Positions 39,999 through 48,695 of a stretch of 48,695 nucleotides of DNA are shown here, piece after piece. The position numbers and the translations under genes were made by a program. The number at the start of each line of letters is the position of its first letter. The first letter of the stretch is position 1. Source of the DNA: Eremomyces bilateralis CBS 781.70 (Eukaryota); assembly GCA_010015585.1 (NCBI GenBank), contig ML975168.1. One strand, written 5' to 3'. The notes below the pieces were generated by a model. The model saw nothing but the letters and a program-made list of their open reading frames with translations. It did not search any database and was not told the origin of the DNA.

Positions 39999-41789
39999 TC
40001 ACATCTGCCTTCGCCGAAACACATTACTTCCTCCCTCCGACAACCCCGTACAATACCACAACGCCACCCCTAACAAGAACACAATCCCCACGCACAATCC
40101 TAGCGCGATCTTCCCCGCCAGCGTCAGTTCCCCGTTCGCTTCGAAATCGTTATCCTCCCGCTTCGTGAACCGTCGCGCTATTAGCCGCGACATCGGGTCG
40201 CCGTCAGAGTAGGTGCCCCGCGTTTGGAATCGGAGATTATTAGTTGGTGAGGCCAATTGATCGCCTGAGGAGTCGTCAGCAGGGCTGCTGGGTGGCTCGC
40301 CCGAGGAATTGGGGGGGATCGCTTCTAGGGGGGTTCCAGGAGCGTTTCCTGGCGGTATTCTGGTGGCCATTTCCTCTAATGAGGCCGCAGGTACTCCCGG
40401 TTTCACCCTCACGTTTGTCTCCCGGGACTTACCTTCTAACGTCTTCTGCGGGATGTCTTCCAGCGTCTCTGTCACGGTCACCGTGGGCTGGGTCATCGAC
40501 CTGGTCACCGTATGTCTCACGATGAAGCTCGAGAGAGACGCCATCGGGACGATACTTAGCGATGATGTTGGGTTGCTGCTTGTTGTGGATGATGTACCTG
40601 TGCTAAGAGCCTCGGAGGAGAGGGTTGGAGTAGACGGTGTTGGATTACTACTTGTGGATGACGTATCCGTGTCGTGGGTGTGGAAGGAGGAAGGTGGAGG
40701 CGATGCTGTTGCGGTTGAACGAGTAAGAGTAGGTTGGGGAGTGGATACGGTGGTTCTTGAAGTAACGGTGACAGTGACGGGGATTTTGATGACTGTTGTG
40801 GGATGGCGAGCAGGAGAGGAAGTGGATTCGTTGCGATGGACTGTAGTGGTAAGCTTGAGAGTCACGGTGGTGAAATCTCTCATTAGATCCTCTGTGGATG
40901 TAGTATGGGAAGGTTTTATTCGCGCAGTGAACCCAATCTGTGGGATTATAATGCTAGGCGGTGATACGGAATTACTCGACGCTGCTGCTAGATTCGAGGT
41001 TGTGGAAGTTGGTATAAATAACGACGGCGTGGGCTGATCCATCTTCTGTCCAGCAGATAGGCTTGCCGTTGAGGAGTTGCTAGTGGTAGTTGTCGTCGCT
41101 TTCTTCGTGTATATCGTTTTCCACACGGTTGTTGCTTCGAGAGGTTCCGGCGCACCCGTTTCGATGGCGGTGATTGTTGAAGTGCTTGTTATCGTCGTCG
41201 TCGAATCGATAGCGGGAGGCCGGCCTGCGACATGACTTGCCGTCTTCGAGCTGGTTGTCTTTAAACTGGTTGTCGTTGATCTAGTTGTCGTTGAGCTCGT
41301 TGAGCTAGTTGTCGGCACAAATATGAAACTGTAAGAAATTCGGCTCTCAGAAGAACTCATCGACGCTGAAGTGGCCATGCTCGACATCCACTGACCAAAA
41401 GCGGACGGTCTACTAGCGACATGACTGAGCGTCGCTGAATGGGAAGTGTCCGAAATCGATAGACCGAACAACGGCGAAAAGGCATCTGGAGCTATCGTCG
41501 TTGAGCTAGAAGGGCTAGGAACTGACAGGCTGAATAATGGCGTATGTCCAACTGGAGATATCGTCGCTGAACTGGCTGCGCTGGGCACCAACCTTCCCAA
41601 ACCGAACAGAATTCCAGCGACATTGCTTGCCACCGCGCAGCCCGCATCCCCCTCGAGACATGTCTTGATACCACTCGCAGGCGAATCGATCGTCCTGCTT
41701 ACGATAAGCCCGGTTGGACGCGCCGCGGCACTGAGAACGAGAACGCTGAACAGTGCCAGCACGTATGCGATTGTTCCAAGGGCGATCAT
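39999..41789 (-). CDS. Ser/Thr-rich mucin-like type I membrane protein
   Basis: Likely start MIALGTIAYVLALFSVLVLSAAA (signal peptide), long S/T-rich ectodomain, TM IALGLCVGIVFLLGVALWYC near the C-terminus; single exon. Confidence 0.8.
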   Translation of the reverse strand: MIALGTIAYVLALFSVLVLSAAARPTGLIVSRTIDSPASGIKTCLEGDAGCAVASNVAGILFGLGRLVPSAASSATISPVGHTPLFSLSVPSPSSSTTIAPDAFSPLFGLSISDTSHSATLSHVASRPSAFGQWMSSMATSASMSSSESRISYSFIFVPTTSSTSSTTTRSTTTSLKTTSSKTASHVAGRPPAIDSTTTITSTSTITAIETGAPEPLEATTVWKTIYTKKATTTTTSNSSTASLSAGQKMDQPTPSLFIPTSTTSNLAAASSNSVSPPSIIIPQIGFTARIKPSHTTSTEDLMRDFTTVTLKLTTTVHRNESTSSPARHPTTVIKIPVTVTVTSRTTVSTPQPTLTRSTATASPPPSSFHTHDTDTSSTSSNPTPSTPTLSSEALSTGTSSTTSSNPTSSLSIVPMASLSSFIVRHTVTRSMTQPTVTVTETLEDIPQKTLEGKSRETNVRVKPGVPAASLEEMATRIPPGNAPGTPLEAIPPNSSGEPPSSPADDSSGDQLASPTNNLRFQTRGTYSDGDPMSRLIARRFTKREDNDFEANGELTLAGKIALGLCVGIVFLLGVALWYCTGLSEGGSNVFRRRQM

Positions 41790-44700
41790 CCTGATGAAAG
41801 CTGTTTTTAGAGAAGCGAAAATGAGCGGAATGGAAGGTCTTTGAATTTGAGGAAACACGGACGAGGGAGCGGTCTTAATGGCGGAGTGTTGCGTTTGTAG
41901 GAGAGGTAGGTGATTACGGTGCGATGAAGAAGAAAGTCAACCCCCACGTGCGGAGCTGGGGGTGAGTGAAGTGAAGGATTGGGGGTTTAAGCAAACTTGA
42001 AGGACTGAACTTAGTTCACTTGAGTTGGAAGATATCCTATTGATATCTGGGGGCAAGTGAATGAATACGAACGTAGCTCTTAAGTCACCCAATTGAGAAA
42101 AAGGAACTGGAACTTGAATGAAAGAGACTGATTTAGTGCAACGGTGAAGATACTGGCCCGAATAAAAATTAATATGTACAATAATACCCATAGAGTAGTG
42201 GCAAAATTGTTGGTGCCAGACATGGAGTAAGCCCCTATTATGGTCATCTCGTGAATGTGTTGTTGCTCCAACTAATTTGTTAGCTTTGCGCGGAAGACCA
42301 GCGTCACTAGAGTCTTACGTTCATGGGGTTGGCAGAGTCGTAGTTTGGTATACAATCACTGTACTCCTGATCGTTGTCGTACTGATGGATTTACTCGCGG
42401 GCTCATCATACGGTTTACTTCCCATTATCAGTCATTGCACCATTAGTTTGCTTGTAAGTAAATGACTCACTCCGGCTGGTATGGTATAGTATCTTTCCAA
42501 GGAGCCGAATAGATGGAGTCCACGAGTTCGATCCGCTTGAACTTGACACTCGATGGACCGCCTGCGTCTGCGTCTTCGGTGGCAGTGTGATGGTCGTGGT
42601 TGGCTTTGGGGTCAATAGCTCCCCACGCGAGGTCAACTCCACCTCGACTTCTCGCAGCAGCTCAAGTCCTGCCGTGGGTGCAAATGTAATAACCGGCTCG
42701 CTCAGACTCCATTGAACACTCTCCACGTGGATTTCACCCGGACTGGGCAACACGACCGAGGTATTGTAGTGGCGGGTGAAGGTCTCTGTGACTGTAATTG
42801 GCCTCACTTCCCAGACTTCCCGCATCTCCAAACACGTCGCTGTACCGTTGCTGAAGATCGTACAGATCACAACCTCAACGTCTTACGGTGGTCCATCGGT
42901 GGATCATTTGCTGCCAAGGAGCAACGAAATATGTCGATAGGACTCGGACATATGGAGGATGGGTGATGGGTGATGATATCCGAGCCAAAGGTGGTCGTTG
43001 GGCCATTTTCTATCATGTAGTGGAAAACGCTGAAGAAGGTAATGCTCTGATTGCAATGGGTCACAGCCACACGGCTGGGAAGGACTGGAATCGTGGTATG
43101 ACACACCGTGGTTAGGGTCGGGCTATACGAGGTTATGCAAGTGCTTCTGCCGGATGGTATCGAATCGGAATGATTCGTATATGGAGGCCCCGTTACTGCC
43201 GGGTTAACAAACGATCCAGATATGAACGCAATGGGCGGGAGAGCGCACAGCGTGACTTGGGGTACATAGGAGATGACTTCTTAGTACTGCACAGTTATAG
43301 GTATGGCGCACCCTCCCGGCGAAGGCGTGATCTGAGTTAGAGCGGACGGGCTCATCGTCGGTGTTGAACTGGCGGTGATTGGAGAAGGAGTGCTCGGAAG
43401 CGGCGCATTATCCAAACTTAGCACGGCTGAATCTCGACGGTCTCATGGTTAAACTGTGTTGGAGGACTCTCAACCTGGGCACTCCTGGATACAAATGCCG
43501 TGAATAGGCGGAAGCCATGGGACCAATCTATAAGCCTGATGACAAAATGATTGCGAAACAACGACTCTGAAATCGACCAAACGGAGCAGCGAGGAGGCAG
43601 ACGAGCACATAAATTTCAAAGCGACAGGGAAAAGTGTATCAAATACACAGACGATCGTGGTTCGTACATTCAATGATGAGTTAGTCCGTCAACAAATATT
43701 CTCCTATCCTCATTCTCAGGAAAGGATGCAGGTACGCATCCCGCTCTTCATCTCTTGCTCCTAGGAGTCTGGACAAAGGCTATTCTTCCGACCACCCTCC
43801 AACAGCCACTAGGATTGCCGTGGGAAGAATTTAGTGAAAGGGATAATAAAGTAGAGAGGAAATTCGTGTTAGATCTATACAATTCTCAACAATGGTCAAG
43901 AGGAACCAAATGACTTTAGCAGCTTCATGGAGCAACGGGGATGATATCTCTGGGAATAGCAATTGAAGATATAAGATAGACATTATTGATGGTAGCACCG
44001 TACTGACGATACTGATTCAAGTACTCAGACTATAAACTACCGTTGACGCCGATATGAAATGCTATCTTGTCCAAACAATTGAAGCAATGAAGTCGAAAGT
44101 TTTGAAAGTCGAGAGCCATGAAGAAACCTGACAGCCTGAGGCATGTTTGATCCTTCCCCGGCCAGTCAAGGAATAGAGCTCTATGTCAGTTAAAACTTGG
44201 ACCCGATCACCCGAGTCCCGAGTCCTGAGCGCAAAGGAACGCGACAGTACGGTCCGAACCGACACTACTGGCTATATATAGTCGGCCGAGATATTAGTTA
44301 CGACTTAATTACCACTCACAACTTACGAGCGGCGACCAACTATTAGGCTGACAACGATAAACGACCGTTTTCGTCTTTTCGGTGACGCTACAGTTAAAAA
44401 AGAAATGCGAACTAGCAGTTGGGCTACTATATCCATACAGGTGAGGCGCAAATCATGTGTTTAATCATTGGTAACTAGAGAAGAACCCCGCAATGACTGG
44501 TCAATATGTGTTGGGTTAGCTGCAGTACCCCAACGTATAACTTCCCGCAGGTGTCCTAGTATTACCTAGAGAATGGTCCTAGTACTGGACCCGCCCAAGG
44601 ACATATGACGTACTAGAACTTGCCGTATTAGTTAGGACGAGTGAAGTACTAAGAGTCTAAGACGGACGAGTCCCAACTCCCAAGCCACATGTACGAGGAC

Positions 44701-45046
44701 ATATTCGCCAATGTTTAGAAGTGGGGCACTGGATGCTCGCCAGGCCAACGCCAGGGATGGAGAACTAATTACGTAGTAGTATTCCGTACTACAGTACGGA
44801 GTAACGTTATGTGCTACCGAACTTGCCTCCAAAAACGGCGGTTTCTGACGCCGTTTTCAGAGGGTTTTCCGCCTAGGCAAAAACGCTCCTGTTTCGTTAC
44901 CGGCGGTGCCCCAAAACTCCCTGCCGTTATGCCAAGGCCTCACACCCACTCACAGCGCAGGATCCTTGCTCCATGCAGTTCTCCTCAAACACGGGGGTTC
45001 AATTTTGGACTTCCAACTCTCGGTTTTCTCGACCTTCAGAACTTCC

Positions 45047-47371
45047 ATGCCTCCACGCTAATTTTGGAAGCATGATGATGTCAAACGCTATGGCTCCGCT
45101 GGGTACTATGAATCGCTCTATACAGATGACCTAACCCCAGCATTGCGCCCTATCACAGACGCGACAGAAAGAGGAGTCCGCTCTATATGGAGGAAGGGGA
45201 CAGAGTATGTAATAATGGCTAAGATTTACCAAGTTCTTAACTAACTGTCCATAACTCTGACTAGATATTGTTCGCTCCGAATCCTTAACCCCGATGCTCT
45301 TACCCGCCTGCAAAATATTAGCGTGGCCGAGATCCGACGGTTCATGCATTGGTATCTCGACAGTCATGCCGTGACGAAGCTGAGTTCCTTGTATGTGCTG
45401 ATGCGTTACTGGCGGATGATGTATGCTCGGAAGTTGTACCAACGGCTTGACCTTGTCCTCGCTTCGGATATGAAAGATGTAAGGCCGTGGTTCCCTTTCT
45501 AGAGACGCTCTCTTAGTAACGTATGAGCAGTTCATTGGCACCGTCCTCAAAGGCGAGTATAATTTGAGTGAAGGCATGAAAGACAAGCCTGTCACGAATG
45601 TGGACGATGTATACTTACTACTATATCACCACTACGCACTATCGAACGAATACTATGCGCATGAGCGCGAACGGGTTCAGCATAGTTCGATCATTCTCTT
45701 TATGATAGGCACCTCTGCCAGGCCATCAACGCTCGTTGAAGGAGGGGGCTACTACAACACGAATGAATGCCTGAAGTACAAGGATATTGAGATATTTAAG
45801 GTTAGGAATCCGGAGCTTCCCTCTCAATAAGTGTTTATTATGAGAGTCAGGCTCCGGCTTCTCAAAGGCAAAAGGGACAAGGGCCTGCCGTAAGTATTAT
45901 GTACCCCTCTTGACCTCACGTCAGCTAAGTTTACGAAAGGATTAAGGTGGTGTTTTGTGAGCGAGATGATAATCTCGCATTTTGCGCCATTCCGCAAGTT
46001 TTAAGCCTCGCCTTTGCAGATAACGCATTCGAAAGCGACTGGATCAAGCGGCCTAAGGACTTGTATACGTTTTCAGTCCCATTTCACCTGCAAAGTGTGC
46101 AGCTACATTGGAAAGAGTCAATGCAGGACATTCCGATTTTCCGACGATCTGTTGCTCGCGGCGGGGAGGTGACCATATCACCAGATAGGTCGATTCAATA
46201 TATGACTCTCTATTACCAGAATGCGCGACTTGGTAAATCTGCTGGCCTTGCGGATACTCTGGGGCTATACAGCTATCGTAGAGGCGCCGGTGAATCGATT
46301 GATTATAAGTGCACAATTTCACTTCTGTGTACATTCCCACGCCGGCAGTTCTCTTGTATCTTTTTCCTTTCTTTCTTGCCCTTATTATGGCTTCTCTCGC
46401 TGATATCATTTCCAGGCGTAGCGGGTTCAGATATGCGGAGCTTTGTCATGGGCCATGCTCGTGCAAGTCTCTTTAAGCGATATTACCGCAATAGCGTTGT
46501 CCAGTTCGACTCGGTATCCGCATTCCTCGAAGTGCCTTCTAAAGATGCGCTTATCAAACTGGCTGGGCATATGAGCTTGACCCGAGATCCCTCCGCGGCC
46601 GATTCGATAAAAGTCGAGAACTCAGCAATTGACTGCGACCCTGGTATCCAACAAATCCAAAAGTTGTGCCTTCAGCTTCGGAAAAATCTAACTAAAACTT
46701 TCGGAAAGATCAAGAACGGAACAGGGACAGAGCTCTACGAGAAGTACCAGAGCGAGCAAAGACATTTACGCAGCGAGAGGATGAGGCTGAAGCGGGAACT
46801 TGAGGAAGAAGCCAGGCGACAGTATTTTAGGATAGCGGGGACTAGGTACATTGATAAACAGCGACGCGGCATCGCTCGTGAGTATATAGAGCCTAAACCT
46901 ATATCCCAATTCGAGGAAAGGGAGAGACTGGCAGTGCTCCTCTTCCAGAACCGAGATATTAGGGAAGTGTCTAAGGAAGAGCTATATACACAACGCATAG
47001 CAGCGATAGACAACCTGATTAACCTATGCGGTCGGCATATGCCCCGCCCTGCGCCGCGTCGTCATCTCTCGTTGCGAGACAAGTCTCTAGAAGAGGTCCC
47101 TGAGGAGAAGGACATAGACACCGACCTCTTCCCCTTGGTGTGTCCGGGCACGCAATGCCTGTTCTGTCTCGGTAATTAAGGACTAGGCCCGCAGTCCAGA
47201 ACATTCGCGTTTTCTCGAAAGGATATTCTAAAGGACCACGTTAAGAAGCATCTGCGCCACCACGATTGGTCGAAAGAGCCGGAATGTCCTTACCCGCTCT
47301 GCGAGGAGGTGTTAAGCTCCGAGATGCACTTTAAGAACCACGCGGCCCGGGTTCACAACATTTTCTTTTAG
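45047..47371 (+). pseudogene. DUF3435 tyrosine recombinase (Starship captain family) with C-terminal Zn-finger-like region, inactivated
   Basis: Spliced translation gives TSARPSTLV, CLKYKDIEI, LKGKR, FCAIPQVLSLAFADNAF, IPIFRR, RLGKSAG, YSYRRGAG, VMGH, FKRYY and CLFCLGN...H...CPYPLC...HAARVH. In-frame TAA at 45059, 45828 and 47177, and a probable dead splice donor at 46305. Confidence 0.88.
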
Positions 47372-47621
47372 ATATATCACAGTCTCATCTATCCAGAGAA
47401 GGTTGGGCGAGGGCAACTGAGGAATAGTGCGTCGCATTACGTGGGGCCGATGATTAAGCAAGTTCACTGCTTAAGCTCAGGGGCTGCAGACACAACGCAA
47501 ATGATTATTGACAATTCCGATTGTCTACGTATCTTAAGACTTAGGGAACTTGACCTTGAAAAGTGCAGGGAATTACCGGGAGTTCTCAAGGTCATTTTCC
47601 TTCGAGGCTTTGCTGTACAGT

Positions 47622-48126
47622 CGTTGTTGTTGATTCATTTACCCTGACCTCTCCCGTGGGATACTCTATGCAGGCTACCACTACTCAGGTCTACCATATT
47701 CTTCCAGCTAATTTACACTGTACCGCTGCATGCACGAAGTTTTTGCCTCGTTAAGGCCTACGGTGATCACCATGTCCGCGACCCCTGATTTGAGGTCGTC
47801 CTGGAGCTCTTGCTGTGTATCTCTTAGATGCTTCCGCAAAGTCAAGTACTGCGTCTAGGACGTCGCTGTCAACTGTCCATCTCTTGGTTCTTCCTTGATC
47901 CTGAGGTCTCCCTCTAAGCATTCCGGTGATACTGTTGAAAGCGTCTCCTATCTTCTTCTGAGGCTGTTGTCTTAGCTCTCTGGGATTCGGACAGTCCACT
48001 AGGACATGTACCACCGTCTCTCTTGCTCCGCATTCGCATTAGTCATCATCTCGAAAGCCGTGGATTTTGGCATGAGATGCAAGCCACGAGTGCCCTGTTC
48101 TGAGCTGCGTTAGTAGGTATGTACGC
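47622..48126 (-). mobile_element. 5'-truncated non-LTR retrotransposon (Tad1/I-like LINE) 3' fragment
   Basis: RTYLLTQLRTGHSWLASHAKIHGFRDDD*CECGARETVVHVLVDCP...KIGDAFNSITGML is the C-terminal Zn-binding region of fungal LINE ORF2; followed by a 3' UTR ending in AATGAATCAACAACAAC (short-repeat tail). Confidence 0.8.
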
Positions 48127-48357
48127 CCTGTTCCTCTGTCGAGACTGCCAGAGCAGCAAGCAGGGGAGACGGGTTGGGAAAGGCACTATTTCTTAAACAC
48201 TCTCAATAATAGCACCAATCAGGTTTTAAAGCCTTTGGATTTCTAATCAAACATTACTCATCGGCTGTCGCCACTCGTGCTATTCATGTAGTATATAAAA
48301 GATACCATCTGTAAGGAAGGTGGGCGGGGAGGAGGTTAAATAAAGCTTAAGGAAATA

Positions 48358-48695
48358 TCACAAAGTAAGTTCCATGGTCATAACTCTTCCAGATATATAT
48401 CCGAAAGCAACAATATCCCCATACACAGCAATGCAGTGTGGCCGATACTCGGGAGGAAGCCAAAGGATCCGCTCTGTATGGCTACTCACCCAGTGGCCAT
48501 TGACAAAGATAGAGGATGGATGTTGTATACCGGTCACACCTATACCACCAGAGAGAGGTGATAAAATAGGCAAGGATCCACGGTCCGTCTGGAGAGAGGT
48601 ACCGTCATCGGAGAAAGAGAGAGCGTAGACGATGTTTCCAATATCGAGCGTCTGCTGCAGCGCGCCCGACCCGGCGTCCCACAGCTTGACCGTCC
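48358..48695 (-). CDS. C-terminus of a WD40 protein, probably a NACHT-WD40 (HET-E-like NLR); partial
   Basis: TVKLWDAGSGALQQTL...LSFSDDGTSLQTDRG...WV...ILWLPPEYRP...VAFGYISGRV is the typical tail of fungal NACHT-WD40 proteins; the NACHT domain itself lies outside the window. Confidence 0.8.
   Translation of the reverse strand, partial: TVKLWDAGSGALQQTLDIGNIVYALSFSDDGTSLQTDRGSLPILSPLSGGIGVTGIQHPSSIFVNGHWVSSHTERILWLPPEYRPHCIAVYGDIVAFGYISGRVMTMELTL

Noticed and set aside
42320..42960. Thr-rich minus-strand ORF (42415-42870), possibly a second surface-protein gene
   Set aside because: The track's start is GTG, two in-frame stops lie just upstream, and no convincing splice model could be built; may be a relic but cannot be supported.
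43100..44760. Gene-free, partly TpA-rich stretch upstream of the captain
   Set aside because: Possibly RIP-degraded repeat DNA, but no family, ORF or termini could be identified by eye.

Overview
Intron-rich genomic DNA of a filamentous ascomycete (Pezizomycotina); many genes are spliced, so the ORF track only shows fragments. The first ~33 kb is a compact block of mostly conserved genes: RAD57 (partial), an HSL-family esterase, ORC5, ATP2, mitochondrial ClpX (crossing a 155-N gap), glycogen branching enzyme GLC3, ADK1, IWS1, a 49-aa four-exon TOM5, NUP57, complex I NDUFA8, CTF4/sepB and CHZ1. It also holds a ~1600-aa low-complexity orphan with a CCHC zinc knuckle. From ~33.5 kb the window looks accessory. 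It carries a degraded Helitron-type PIF1 relic, two predicted single-pass surface proteins and a dienelactone hydrolase. At the right end a DUF3435 tyrosine recombinase (Starship captain family), inactivated by RIP-like lesions, is followed by a LINE 3' fragment and the WD40 tail of a probable NACHT-WD40 NLR, so this may be the left end of a derelict Starship. Three degenerate non-coding repeat arrays (110-220 bp period) and alternating C-rich/G-rich blocks inside genes are not explained by these features. All calls come from manual reading and motif recognition; no searches were run.
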